Source: a bacterium (GTDB taxonomy: Bacteria; Patescibacteriota; Microgenomatia; UBA10105; UBA927). Taken from it: a stretch of DNA of 64,000 bases. The translations under genes were made by a program, and so were the position numbers. Shown here one piece after another: positions 28,590 to 38,515 of this stretch (its first letter is position 1; the number at the start of each line of letters is the position of its first letter). The stretch is from positions 6,826-70,825 of the forward strand of contig JAKAFY010000004.1 in assembly GCA_021817785.1 (NCBI GenBank). The letters run 5' to 3'. The notes beneath the pieces are model-generated. The model made no database searches. It saw only the letters and a list, made by a program, of their open reading frames with translations, and had not been told where the DNA came from.

Positions 28590-29201
28590 TTAGTGTTTCG
28601 TATAGGAGCCGGTCAGTGTTGTTTTGGTCATGGTGTGCCGGGCGATCGCCGTAGAAAATTCCGAAAATGTCGCTCCCTCCGGTAGTGTGAGTACATTGTC
28701 CAATGCATACAGGGTAAACACATACCGGTGCGTGCCGCTCGGCGGACACGGCGCTGCGTATCCTGCTAGTCCCGCGCTGTTATTTCCCACAGAGGCATCT
28801 TTCGGCATTTCATTTTCAGCTATCGAGCGGGTATCGGGACGGATATTCCATATGATCAGGTGGTGAAACGTGCCGTCCACAGCATCCGGATCATCCAGGG
28901 TGAGAGCGAGGGATTGTGCCGTAGGCGGGACATCTGCGATCGTAAACGGCGGGCTCGCATTCGCGCCATGGCAGGTATATGTTTCGGACAGCTCACCGGC
29001 TGCCGACACTGCCGTACTCATAAGCTTCATGCCGGTGCGTTTTATGGGACATGGAACAGTGGGCTTTCCGGCACGCGGATGCCCGTGCATGACCCATACC
29101 CCTTCTGTACAGATCCATGTATCTTCGCTTCCCCGAAGCAGCAGCAGTCCGAACCCGGATAACACGATGCCAAACAGGATAAATATGAACGATCGTCCCA
29201 C
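28590..29201 (-). CDS. YbhB/YbcL (PEBP) family protein with N-terminal membrane anchor
   Basis: DDPDA..GTFHH, PCPPSGTHRYVFTLYALD and N-terminal EDTWIC..G.W..HGHP motifs; GTG start inferred. Confidence 0.85.
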   Translation of the reverse strand: MGRSFIFILFGIVLSGFGLLLLRGSEDTWICTEGVWVMHGHPRAGKPTVPCPIKRTGMKLMSTAVSAAGELSETYTCHGANASPPFTIADVPPTAQSLALTLDDPDAVDGTFHHLIIWNIRPDTRSIAENEMPKDASVGNNSAGLAGYAAPCPPSGTHRYVFTLYALDNVLTLPEGATFSEFSTAIARHTMTKTTLTGSYTKH

Positions 29202-29250
29202 ACTGGTAGTATACCAAAGCAGCCGGTGGTATACCGGCGCAGGGGTGGAT

Positions 29251-29475
29251 TTAGTTTCCCGACAAAGGAGTGGCAGCACCCGGCGTTTCGGTCGGAGCCG
29301 CGTACGCATGCTGCGTGTTGCTGTCTTTGGAAGAGGCGCTGTCGTTTTTCCCCAACACAACATACGATATGAAGCCGTATACCAGTCCACCCACGAGTAT
29401 GTATACAAATACCCACTGCCATAGCGGGCGCCGGGCGTATTCGTTCGGGGGATCAACGAGTGTGGAGTCTTTCAC
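29251..29475 (-). CDS. Small single-TM protein
   Basis: RPLWQWVFVYILVGGLVYGFISYVV hydrophobic segment. Confidence 0.6.
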   Translation of the reverse strand: MKDSTLVDPPNEYARRPLWQWVFVYILVGGLVYGFISYVVLGKNDSASSKDSNTQHAYAAPTETPGAATPLSGN

Positions 29476-29526
29476 AAATAGTACTATATATCACAAATAC
29501 GGAAAGTCAATATAACGTATCGCTTG

Positions 29527-31224
29527 CTACCAGCTTCCTCCGCCGCCTCCCCCTCCGCCGCCGCCGGAAAATCCGCCGCCGGACGAAAACCCGGAAGAAA
29601 ATCCCGATGACGATTTGTAGGTTGCCGAATACGTAAACGATTTGCTATACCCCGTGCCGATACTCCGAGCAAATGCCGTGCTCGTATACCCGCCCGTCGA
29701 TGATTCGTACCACGTCGGTTTGTTCATGGCCAGATCTTTAAATCGTGCTGCCCATATGTCTTCCACGCCAAAGGCGACCGCATACGGCAGCAGTTTTTCG
29801 AACATCATCTGATTTTTGGCCTGAAACGCAAGCTGTTTGTCCTGGCTCACCAGAAAATTTTTCAACGACCGCGCCACCGCTGCCTGCTCTGCTCCCCACA
29901 ATGTTTTTCGCGGCATATGCAGCCCAAAAGTGAGCGACACGACGAGCAGTATCGGGTTAAAGGTTATGGCAGAACATATTGCCAATACGGTATACAATAC
30001 GCGGATAGTCTGTGGATTTTTTGGGAAAAAGCCGTCTGTTACCAGAGACGTATACAGCATCCCCGTCACTTTTTGCGTCGTCGCGGTAAGGTCGATATCT
30101 TTGAGTTTTGCCGTATCGTGGTCCGCAAATATCCCTTCCAGAAGCGTCTGTTCAAACGGCTGCACCATACGTGCGTCCCACTGCCGGACTTTCGTTAGGG
30201 TAAATATTCCTTTGGATACTTCCGTAATTTTTATAAACCCGCGACGGGCGAGGTCAATTATGCTTGCATAAATATCACGCATGTGTACCGTTTCATCGAT
30301 CAGCCCGCCGGTTTCTGCGGGGGTAAGTTCCCGGCCGCCTTGCGTTTTCGGCGGACTAAACCAGGCGCGTACCTCTCCCATGGGCGGCTTGGGATCCCGT
30401 CCGCCGGTCCACCATTTCCGGACGACGATGACAGGAGCCACGATATACCAGAACAATGCAGCGATAGCGATCAGCACTATGACGATTTTTCCGAGTACGG
30501 TCGAAAAAAACGGTACGACCTCAGTAGGTTCCAGCACCGCAACCACGTGTTTCGGGAATCCGACCACGGTCGTCAATCCTTCTCCCGCAGCCAGTGCATG
30601 CGTCGTCTGGACCACAGCCGTATGATTGTGTACCGACGCAGTGCAATTTTTCCCCCGTACGCCCAATGCGCCGGTAAAGCATGCTATAGCGATATCGGCA
30701 TCCGGCACATTCGCGGGCAACGTTATGGTAGCGCGGCCAAACGTTATCCCCGCAGGCCACTCGGTGCCGATATCATTCCAGTACCATTCATCGTGATCCG
30801 GAAAATACGTCAATGCCCCCCGCACCGTATACGAAATCGCATACCGCTGTATGCCGGTTATCTTTACATTAGGGTCTCCTATTTTCAGCGTGAGGGACTG
30901 TCCGTTATCCGAGGTGGCATACGGCAGGGAAAAATCTTTGTCGTCCCGCACGGAGATATCCCCGATGGTCATCCGGTATGTTTTTCCGTTGCTGTTGGTC
31001 TTACGATACGGGATCACCCGCAGTATCCCGTGTTTCGGTTCGGAAAACACGTATTCCAGACGCTCCGCCACCCGCACCGATCCGTCGGATGCGATTGTGG
31101 AAGATACGTCATATGCCTGTATATGCTCTGTTGCCGCATAGGGAGACGCATCGTTCTGCGCCCACACCCGCGACGGGACAAAAAACAAACAAATGGTGAT
31201 GCACCACAACGCGATATGTTTCAT
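29527..31224 (-). CDS. DUF2207 membrane protein
   Basis: Signal peptide; I..DGSVRVAE, HGILR, YWN, LPYAVAFG motifs; Gly-rich GGGGGSW tail. Confidence 0.9.
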   Translation of the reverse strand: MKHIALWCITICLFFVPSRVWAQNDASPYAATEHIQAYDVSSTIASDGSVRVAERLEYVFSEPKHGILRVIPYRKTNSNGKTYRMTIGDISVRDDKDFSLPYATSDNGQSLTLKIGDPNVKITGIQRYAISYTVRGALTYFPDHDEWYWNDIGTEWPAGITFGRATITLPANVPDADIAIACFTGALGVRGKNCTASVHNHTAVVQTTHALAAGEGLTTVVGFPKHVVAVLEPTEVVPFFSTVLGKIVIVLIAIAALFWYIVAPVIVVRKWWTGGRDPKPPMGEVRAWFSPPKTQGGRELTPAETGGLIDETVHMRDIYASIIDLARRGFIKITEVSKGIFTLTKVRQWDARMVQPFEQTLLEGIFADHDTAKLKDIDLTATTQKVTGMLYTSLVTDGFFPKNPQTIRVLYTVLAICSAITFNPILLVVSLTFGLHMPRKTLWGAEQAAVARSLKNFLVSQDKQLAFQAKNQMMFEKLLPYAVAFGVEDIWAARFKDLAMNKPTWYESSTGGYTSTAFARSIGTGYSKSFTYSATYKSSSGFSSGFSSGGGFSGGGGGGGGGGSW

Positions 31225-32210
31225 TACTGGAGGTATTTGGCGATATTGGCGTTATGTTCTTCTATCGTCTTGGCATAGTGTACGCCGCCCGCGGGATCGT
31301 GGAGGTAATACCAGTAGTCGGATGCTTTGGGAAAAAGCACGGCATTGATGGAAGAAATGCCCGGATTACATATGGGCCCCGGCGGCAATCCGGGATTTGT
31401 GTACGTGTTATACGGAGACTTCACCGCCCGGTCATCTGCCGACAACACTTTTTTCCACCAGGTTTTTTCCGCCGGTTGGTAGCCTAACGCATACTGGAGC
31501 GTGGCATCTACCTGCAGCGGCCAGTTCGCTTTCCATCGTTTGATCAGTATGCCCGCGATCACCGGTTTATCCGTATCCGTCAGTCCCTCGCGTTCAACAA
31601 GCGAGGCCAGTGTTATCACCTGGTCCATCGTCATCCCGTCCTGAGCTGCTTTTTGTCGCATCTCGTCGGTCACTTTGGTATCAAATGTCGAGCGGAACAT
31701 GTTGACGATCGCACCGGCAGTTGCGTCCCGCGGGATACGGTAGGTGTCCGGAAACATATATCCCACATGGGCGATCTTTAAAAATTCGCTTTCCGGTATG
31801 TCCATATGTTTGGAAAGGATCGCGGCTATTTCTTCATCGCGCCAGCCTTCCAGCGTCGTCACCCATACGTCCTGGAATCCGTGGGTCAGCTGTTCCGCTA
31901 CCGTACGGCTATCCATGGATCGGTTCAGCCGGAAATCCCCCGCCTGGAGTTTCTTTTCTATCCCCATGAGTTTTACCAGGATAAAAAATGCGGTCGGACT
32001 GCGGATCAAATGCTCAGCTTCGAGATTTGTGGCTATTGCCCGTGCGCCGTCTCCCGGATGTATGGTAAACGCTATCGGCGTCTGATCGGCGGGGTTCACC
32101 GACTGCATACTGTCCATCCACCAGGCAAATACGCCGCCGACGCAGACGAGGGTCACGAGGAAAAATACGATGACCCGGGTGAGTACTGCAGTAGTGTTAT
32201 TTGATTTCAT
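31224..32210 (-). CDS. mltG: Endolytic transglycosylase MltG
   Basis: GYMFPDTY, LASLVERE, LQVDAT and SPYNTY..PGLPPGPICNPG motifs. Confidence 0.95.
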   Translation of the reverse strand: MKSNNTTAVLTRVIVFFLVTLVCVGGVFAWWMDSMQSVNPADQTPIAFTIHPGDGARAIATNLEAEHLIRSPTAFFILVKLMGIEKKLQAGDFRLNRSMDSRTVAEQLTHGFQDVWVTTLEGWRDEEIAAILSKHMDIPESEFLKIAHVGYMFPDTYRIPRDATAGAIVNMFRSTFDTKVTDEMRQKAAQDGMTMDQVITLASLVEREGLTDTDKPVIAGILIKRWKANWPLQVDATLQYALGYQPAEKTWWKKVLSADDRAVKSPYNTYTNPGLPPGPICNPGISSINAVLFPKASDYWYYLHDPAGGVHYAKTIEEHNANIAKYLQ

Positions 32211-32388
32211 CGATCAGTGCACGGCGGTATTTATGCGCCGCGGCATCATACATATAAATCCGTCCGCATTCGCAATCTACGCGCTGCATTCCTTTGCCCT
32301 GTTTGGTCGGCAACAGCTTGCCGCATCCCACGCATTTTCCCTGGGAAAGCAACCATGCCTGCATCGGGCCGATGATGTTTTTAAACAT
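32197..32388 (-). CDS. Small zinc-ribbon protein
   Basis: CVGC...CECGRIY; overlaps the mltG start. Confidence 0.7.
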   Translation of the reverse strand: MFKNIIGPMQAWLLSQGKCVGCGKLLPTKQGKGMQRVDCECGRIYMYDAAAHKYRRALIDEIK

Positions 32389-32395
32389 ACGATCG

Positions 32396-33655
32396 TCAGT
32401 CTACCTGATAAATCGGCATCGTTTTCGCGGTTTCCACCGCTTCTTTCAGGCGCCATTTATCAGAACTGTAAAACGTCCCTAGTATATCACCTTTATCCAC
32501 TGTCTCTTCAAGTTTCCGGTTCATATAGATGCCGGCCAGCTTGTCCGTCGGGTTGCCGAGTATGCGGCAGATCACGGAAATCTGCTGGTTATTGATATGC
32601 GACACGATTCCGTGCCGCGGAGCTTTCAGTTCAAATTTTTCCTTCCCGGGCGTCAGCTTGCTGCTCACCACATTGGGGTCGCCGCCCTGTGCTTTGATGA
32701 TCTCCCGCATTTTTTTGAGCGCCTTGCCCGACGTCAGCATTTCCCGCGCCACTTCCTCGCCGTTTAACGATTTTTTGGACGGTATATCGGCAAAACACAG
32801 TGTCAGAAGTTTCCCCGCCAGCCGGAGTGCTTTCGCTTCCAGCGCAAGCGGCCGTTCCGGTGCCTGCTCCAGCACCTGGAACACATCGCGCGCTTCCAGC
32901 ACGGGCCCGATGCCGCGCCCTGCATTTTGGCGCATTTCGTTTATGTCAAAAATCATTTTGAGCCCGAACCGCTTTGCCAGTCCGGCAAACTTTTTGGCGA
33001 TGACTTCCGCATCCTTAAAGTGCTGTATTTTCATCGTGGGACCGACGGGCAGATCGATGACGACGTGATTGGCTCCCGATGCGACTTTTTTGGCCATCAC
33101 GGACACGATGACCTTGTCATAGGATTCAAATCCCAACGGCCGTTCCACCTGGATTAATATATCGTCCGCGGGAGCCAGCCCCACGTGCCCGCCCCAGACG
33201 ATGCATCCGCCCACGGTGTTGACGATGTGCGTTATCTGCGACGTGGTAAATGTTACCGGGGCGATGACTTCCATCGTATCCGCGGTTCCGGACGGAGATG
33301 TTATCGCCCGTGTGGAGGTTTTGGGAATTTTGAGTCCTGCTGCCGCGACGATCGGCACCAATATCATCGTCGTTCTGGTGCCTGCGACTCCCCCGGTGGA
33401 ATGTTTGTCCGCGACCACCCCGGAAAAATGAAGTCTCGGGCCGGTGTTGATCATGGCTTTCGTCAAAAAATACAGTTCCTCATCCGAAAATCCTTCCTTA
33501 AATCCCGCGGCCGCAAAATACGTCGTCAGCACGGGACTTAAGTCCTTATTGGATATCTGGTCCATGATCGCAAAAATCTCCCGGTACGAGAGTTCCTTGC
33601 CGACCAGTTTCTTTTTAATCGCTTCGATAGCAAATTGTTTATCGTCTTTGTGCAT
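32396..33655 (-). CDS. Thymidine/AMP phosphorylase family protein
   Basis: DKHSTGGVAG, IPKTSTRAITSPSGTAD, IVWGG..LAPADD and GIGPVLEARD; archaeal AMP-phosphorylase-like variants of the DeoA motifs. Confidence 0.88.
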   Translation of the reverse strand: MHKDDKQFAIEAIKKKLVGKELSYREIFAIMDQISNKDLSPVLTTYFAAAGFKEGFSDEELYFLTKAMINTGPRLHFSGVVADKHSTGGVAGTRTTMILVPIVAAAGLKIPKTSTRAITSPSGTADTMEVIAPVTFTTSQITHIVNTVGGCIVWGGHVGLAPADDILIQVERPLGFESYDKVIVSVMAKKVASGANHVVIDLPVGPTMKIQHFKDAEVIAKKFAGLAKRFGLKMIFDINEMRQNAGRGIGPVLEARDVFQVLEQAPERPLALEAKALRLAGKLLTLCFADIPSKKSLNGEEVAREMLTSGKALKKMREIIKAQGGDPNVVSSKLTPGKEKFELKAPRHGIVSHINNQQISVICRILGNPTDKLAGIYMNRKLEETVDKGDILGTFYSSDKWRLKEAVETAKTMPIYQVD

Positions 33656-33769
33656 AGGGGAAATATGGTCTCACGGGACACACGCTATCACATAGCTCTC
33701 TATACAGTATAAGCCATGCCCGGCCAAATCCATAGAGCACCTGCGGATGCCCGGCTCCGGCTTCGGACA

Positions 33770-34474
33770 TTATATTCTCACCAGTTTTGCCTTGACGTTC
33801 AGGCGGTACCAGAACGTACCCGGGGGCACACAGGTAACAAGCGTCAGGTATGAGTCGTCAAACCGCTGTTCGAGCGGCGTCAAGTCAGTGGGTTCTACTA
33901 CCACCTTATCGTATACTTTGTACTGATACGTCACGCCGTCGTACGTCACCAGGATATCGCTGCCTTCTTTTATCGTCGGCAGCGTCGCAAACACCGTGTG
34001 ATAATCCTGGGTCCCCCGGTATAGCTGCGGCAGGGTGGAGTGCCCGAATATCACAGTGTTGCCGTATTCTCCGGGCAGTCCCGTGCCGCCGTAGTGGATC
34101 AGGCTTTTGCCCAGATCGTCTCCGGCGATCACAACCGTCGCATCTTTAAGTCCCAAAGACGGGATGGATAGCGTATAGCTATTGACGGGGGCGACGACTT
34201 TTTTCTGCGGCGACGTCGGAAACCAGGTGTTGGGATCCGTGGATGCCGTTCCGGAAGCGGCATACGCCACCGGCGCGGTGACCCGGACTCCCCCTTCGTC
34301 TACGGGACTTACGGTCTTGGCAAACATGATCTGATCATAGGTAAAAAACGACATGATGGGCCACAGGGTCCATGCCAGGATACCGATACCCAACGTCATC
34401 AGGAGGTAAGACACGATCACCGGTTTACGGAACGGTTTCTTGGGATATGTTTTAACGTACCGATACATCGCCAT
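33770..34474 (-). CDS. Sortase
   Basis: N-terminal TM segment; GNTVIFGHS and LTLVTC..PG...RL provide the His/Cys/Arg triad. Confidence 0.9.
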   Translation of the reverse strand: MAMYRYVKTYPKKPFRKPVIVSYLLMTLGIGILAWTLWPIMSFFTYDQIMFAKTVSPVDEGGVRVTAPVAYAASGTASTDPNTWFPTSPQKKVVAPVNSYTLSIPSLGLKDATVVIAGDDLGKSLIHYGGTGLPGEYGNTVIFGHSTLPQLYRGTQDYHTVFATLPTIKEGSDILVTYDGVTYQYKVYDKVVVEPTDLTPLEQRFDDSYLTLVTCVPPGTFWYRLNVKAKLVRI

Positions 34475-34523
34475 AGCAATTTATGTTGTATCCTCCATGA
34501 TAGCACGGTTGAAGAACATCAGA

Positions 34524-35228
34524 CTATGGATGCGTTATAGATAATTGAGCTGTGTGGCGTGCATATATTTCGTTACAATCGATTATTGGAATACTACAGT
34601 CTGATTGTTTTAGGATAAGCGGTAACTCGGTACATGCCAACAAAATAGCGTTTGCTCCCGCCTTCTGCAAATGCGTCACGATACGTTTCATGTTTGTTTT
34701 ATCAATGTCTGTTGATATTCCGCCCATTTCGTTGAGTATCACTTCTGCAATCATTCGTTGATCCGTTTGATTCGGAACTATGGCAGTAATTCCTTTTTCA
34801 TCAAGACGTGCCTGATATACTCTCTTATTAATTGTTGTTTCGGTAGCGAGCATCCCAAGTTGTGTATATCCTTTACTTTGAACATACTGTGCTATGACAG
34901 CGGCCAAACTTATGATCGGAATGTTAACGAGCTTTTGTAATCGTTCATTCAGATATTGAAGCGAGTTACATACAATGACGATAAAGTCCGCGCCATCCCG
35001 TTCCAGTTTTATGATAGCCTCCGAAACCATAGAGAATGTCTTTTCCTCATCTTCGATGCGTTCGACTAAATCTGGCGTGGGGACACTGTAAATGATCATC
35101 GGTGGGTAGTCACGAACATATGTCGCGTTAAAATGATCCTGATAATACTGTATGAGATGAAGGTAAAAGTCAGCGGTTGAATTCGGTCCCTGTCCTCCAA
35201 TAATACCTATCGTCTTATAGGTATTCAT
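34524..35228 (-). CDS. Aspartate/glutamate racemase family protein
   Basis: IGIIGG.GP.ST, VCNS and ACTELP (two catalytic Cys). Confidence 0.9.
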   Translation of the reverse strand: MNTYKTIGIIGGQGPNSTADFYLHLIQYYQDHFNATYVRDYPPMIIYSVPTPDLVERIEDEEKTFSMVSEAIIKLERDGADFIVIVCNSLQYLNERLQKLVNIPIISLAAVIAQYVQSKGYTQLGMLATETTINKRVYQARLDEKGITAIVPNQTDQRMIAEVILNEMGGISTDIDKTNMKRIVTHLQKAGANAILLACTELPLILKQSDCSIPIIDCNEIYARHTAQLSITHP

Positions 35229-35278
35229 GAAACCGTTATCCTTCAGCCAAACAGGTGGAATAATTTCGCACCTATTTC

Positions 35279-35860
35279 TTACATATATTGCTCTAAGTCC
35301 ATCGTATCAAGTTGATTTAAATACTTCGTAACCTTCAGTTTGTCCGCCCATAATTTCATATATTTTTTATCCAATCGATCTCCCTGAATCTGGTATACAC
35401 ATGCCGCATCCACAATGTGTTTTTCTATAGTTGCGTCCTTATACCATCGAAGCTTTTGTAGTATCGTATCTTCCGCTGAAGATATGACAATGTGTGTATC
35501 CAATATCATCACTGTTTTTTTTCTTTGAAATCTGGACTGATCAAACGCATCGTCAGTAAGCAACCACACATCCACCTTTAATAGAGTCGGTTGATGAATA
35601 ATTTGGAACAAGCCCTTTTTTCGAATTCCTTCCGACACCATATCTTTTTGGATCAGAAATTCTGACGGAAGTTTCTCGATCGCGCGTACTGCCCAATCAA
35701 CATCTTGTGGATGCAAATCTACGACAAAATCTATGTCGTGCGATGCCCGAGGCCTCCCATAAAAAATAACGCTCCATGCGCCTGTAATCATATATGGGAT
35801 GGCATTCTGCTGAAAAAATTTCGATAAAGAAACCAGGAGTGATGACTGATCTGCTTCCAT
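35279..35860 (-). CDS. Nucleotidyltransferase-fold protein (DUF6036/MenT-like)
   Basis: YMITGAWS..YGRPRASHDIDF and SAEDTILQKL motifs. Confidence 0.75.
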   Translation of the reverse strand: MEADQSSLLVSLSKFFQQNAIPYMITGAWSVIFYGRPRASHDIDFVVDLHPQDVDWAVRAIEKLPSEFLIQKDMVSEGIRKKGLFQIIHQPTLLKVDVWLLTDDAFDQSRFQRKKTVMILDTHIVISSAEDTILQKLRWYKDATIEKHIVDAACVYQIQGDRLDKKYMKLWADKLKVTKYLNQLDTMDLEQYM

Positions 35861-35868
35861 GCAATCTA

Positions 35869-36003
35869 TTATACGCCGGTCGCCCGAACGCCTGCCTGCC
35901 GAACAATCCGGACAAGTTGGGATAACTTCATAGCAATACGGACTTTTTTATCTCCGGACATATGTTTGTATTGTTTTAATAAATATGGAGTTATTTTTTT
36001 CAT
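35869..36003 (-). CDS. 44-aa basic peptide, putative antitoxin partner of the nucleotidyltransferase
   Basis: Manual translation MKKITPYLLKQYKHMSGDKKVRIAMKLSQLVRIVRQAGVRATGV*; ends 8 bp before the NTase start. Confidence 0.6.
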   Translation of the reverse strand: MKKITPYLLKQYKHMSGDKKVRIAMKLSQLVRIVRQAGVRATGV

Positions 36004-36035
36004 ATGCCTGCCCCGCAAAACGTTAATAACGTGGG

Positions 36036-38483
36036 TCATTGCTGCACCATCGTCGTGATGGTGATGTTGTTTTTATTCATCGGGAGACGGGATGACGTCG
36101 GCGAGAAACTGAATTTGTATTCCGCGCCGGCGACGCCGTTGGTTTGTTTGAGTATGGCAAGCGCTGCCGAAACATCTTTTCCGACCAGCTGTCCTTTGAG
36201 TCCCGCAGTATCGATCTGCGGTAACGCGACGGCGGTTAGCTTTGCGGTCAGGGTGATCGACCCGTCTTTTTTCACCGTGACATCGGCAACCGACACATTG
36301 GTCTGGTCCGGCGCCAGTGTGTAGCCGGAAGGAACCTTGCTGCCGACGAGCGACGTCAGTATCCCTTTTACATCATCGTCAGAAATGCTTATTCCGGTGA
36401 CCGTGATGGTTATCTTACCGTGCAGCTGACTCGTCTGCTGGTCTATTTCCTGGTCAAACGATTTGTCCGATACGCTCGTTTTTATCGTCTGGTCGATCAA
36501 TCGTTCCCCGCCCGTTGCGCCGGCAAGCAATTGGGACTTCGCCTGTCCGACCAGATCCGCGGTAAGCGCCGTCACGAGTCCGTCCTGGTCCGCGCGGGAC
36601 ACGACGGTTACCTGTTTGCTGGTGCCGCCGGCAAACGATGAATCATTTCTTGCCGATGCGTTGGAAGCGCTTATCCCGGCAAAGGTGAAGTCCGTACCAG
36701 CCGGCAGATTCCCATTGGGTCCGATATCCTTGGCCGTCACGGTCGCGGTCGCTTTTCCGAACGTGATAGAACCTATGTCTTCGCTGGCCGACGCCACCGA
36801 TACGTCTCCGTCCAGCGTAAATGACATGCCGTTCCCCGAAAGCACGGTCCCTTTGGAAAATGTCTGCGCGTTCGTTACCTTGTTATAGATCGTTACCGTT
36901 CCCTTTGCCGGATCCCCGATGCTTTTTTTACCGGTCACGGCGACCGTTTTCTCACCGCTTACTGATTTGGTTTGAGTGTGTCCCGGAATCATTTTTTTGG
37001 AAGGATCAGCGACGGTTGCCGTAGGATCCACCGTAAGCACCGTCGATTCGTCAATCGACTGCGGGGATACGAGCACCGTCACCGTCACCCGTGGCAAGAA
37101 ATAAAAGAGTACGCCCAAAAGCAGGATCAGTCCGACGCCGCCTGCTATGAGTGCCATGCTTCCGGACTTCGGTGCCCGCAGACGGGACGCCATGCGCAGC
37201 ACCGGTTTAAATAGGTCCCTGGACAGCGTGGGCAACGCCATCGGAAACGCAAATTTCTTTTTCTGCGGCTCTTCCGTTTCGTCTTCTTCCGCATCGAGCG
37301 CCTCTTCCAGTTCTTCCCTGCCGACCGCTTTCATAGGTTTTCCCGCTCCCAATCCCGGATGCGGAGAAACGGCCGGAGATTTCTCCAGCACGTCTTCCGT
37401 CCGGAATCCCAAAGACTCCGGGGTTACCAGTTTTACATTTGCTATCTCATCCTGACTTTCTTCTTTTTCTATGGCTTCTCCGATCGTTTCCGCTTCATCT
37501 TCCGTGTCATCGGATGCGACGGGTGAAGCATCTGCCGTGGCTTCTTCCGTTTCATCTTCGTCATCCGGAGATTCTTCATCGTCCGCGGATGCGTCTTCCT
37601 CCGTCTCATCCTCTTCACCGTCATCCGACGCAAGGGGCTCTTCCGGTGTTTTATACGTGGGACGCGGCTGGGCGACGACCGTTGAAACCATTCCCGCCGC
37701 TGTTTCTTCCACCTCTCCCACATCCGCCGCAAGCTCCGCGGCCCCGGCAAGCGATACGGCGGTAAGGAGAGCTTCCACCGATACGACGTCTATCTTGGGA
37801 AAGTGCATGAAATTCGTGCGTGTGGGCCATGGGTGCTTCAGCAGTTTTGCGCGAATCTCTTCCAGCCCCGCCGGATCCCCGCCATACAAAAGCATGCGCG
37901 ATGGCAATACGTCACCGTCCTGGTGCTTTTTTAACACCGCTTCCACAACCGGCGAGGGATCCGTTCCCAGTTCCACTGCATCATCCGTCATCATTTTTCC
38001 GACCCGGAACACGGTTATATGGGCGACAGATTTCGAACATCCGATCAGGATGATACTTGGCGGCACGCCTTCTTCCGTCCGCAACTGATTGGCAAGCGCC
38101 TGGGAAAGCGGGACAAACCCCACCGGAGTAAGTTCCAGTACTTTCGACATTTTCTTAAGCTCCGGTTTTATCGCATCGGAAATATTGGCTTCAGGCGTCA
38201 GATACACGCCCGGCATGCCATAGACGGTTTTGGTAATCGGCTGTGTGGCGCCCACTTTGTCCTCTGCCGCAGACAACAGGCGGTCGATGACTTTCACCCG
38301 CGCATCCCAGGTATCCTGCCCGACCAGCCCGTGGGCAAAGCTGGCTATGGTCGGTTTTTTCGGCGTATCCATGCTCCATACGGCCACAGCTGCCGCTCCC
38401 GTATCCATATAGAGGGAAAAATAATATTCCTTCCCGTCATCTTTCTTTTTTATGAGGCTCGTTATCGCGTCAGTAAATTTCAT
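36036..38483 (-). CDS. Large membrane protein: actin/FtsA-like N-domain, acidic linker, TM segment, BaseplateJ-like extracellular domain
   Basis: Asp/Glu-rich linker, one TM segment, then AKGTVTIYN, VTAKDIGPNGN and FAGG...VSRAD motifs. Domain assignments are from pattern recognition. Confidence 0.7.
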   Translation of the reverse strand: MKFTDAITSLIKKKDDGKEYYFSLYMDTGAAAVAVWSMDTPKKPTIASFAHGLVGQDTWDARVKVIDRLLSAAEDKVGATQPITKTVYGMPGVYLTPEANISDAIKPELKKMSKVLELTPVGFVPLSQALANQLRTEEGVPPSIILIGCSKSVAHITVFRVGKMMTDDAVELGTDPSPVVEAVLKKHQDGDVLPSRMLLYGGDPAGLEEIRAKLLKHPWPTRTNFMHFPKIDVVSVEALLTAVSLAGAAELAADVGEVEETAAGMVSTVVAQPRPTYKTPEEPLASDDGEEDETEEDASADDEESPDDEDETEEATADASPVASDDTEDEAETIGEAIEKEESQDEIANVKLVTPESLGFRTEDVLEKSPAVSPHPGLGAGKPMKAVGREELEEALDAEEDETEEPQKKKFAFPMALPTLSRDLFKPVLRMASRLRAPKSGSMALIAGGVGLILLLGVLFYFLPRVTVTVLVSPQSIDESTVLTVDPTATVADPSKKMIPGHTQTKSVSGEKTVAVTGKKSIGDPAKGTVTIYNKVTNAQTFSKGTVLSGNGMSFTLDGDVSVASASEDIGSITFGKATATVTAKDIGPNGNLPAGTDFTFAGISASNASARNDSSFAGGTSKQVTVVSRADQDGLVTALTADLVGQAKSQLLAGATGGERLIDQTIKTSVSDKSFDQEIDQQTSQLHGKITITVTGISISDDDVKGILTSLVGSKVPSGYTLAPDQTNVSVADVTVKKDGSITLTAKLTAVALPQIDTAGLKGQLVGKDVSAALAILKQTNGVAGAEYKFSFSPTSSRLPMNKNNITITTMVQQ

Positions 38484-38515
38484 GTGGTGGTACCCTACAA
38501 AAGGGCGGGCAACGG

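Noticed and set aside
37440-37640. TCTTC/TCATC-rich low-complexity DNA
   Set aside because: Explained by the Asp/Glu-rich linker of the 36036-38483 protein.
28340-38483. Prophage suggested by the excisionase-like HTH and BaseplateJ-like genes
   Set aside because: No integrase, terminase, capsid, portal or tail genes; the neighbours are housekeeping and envelope genes.
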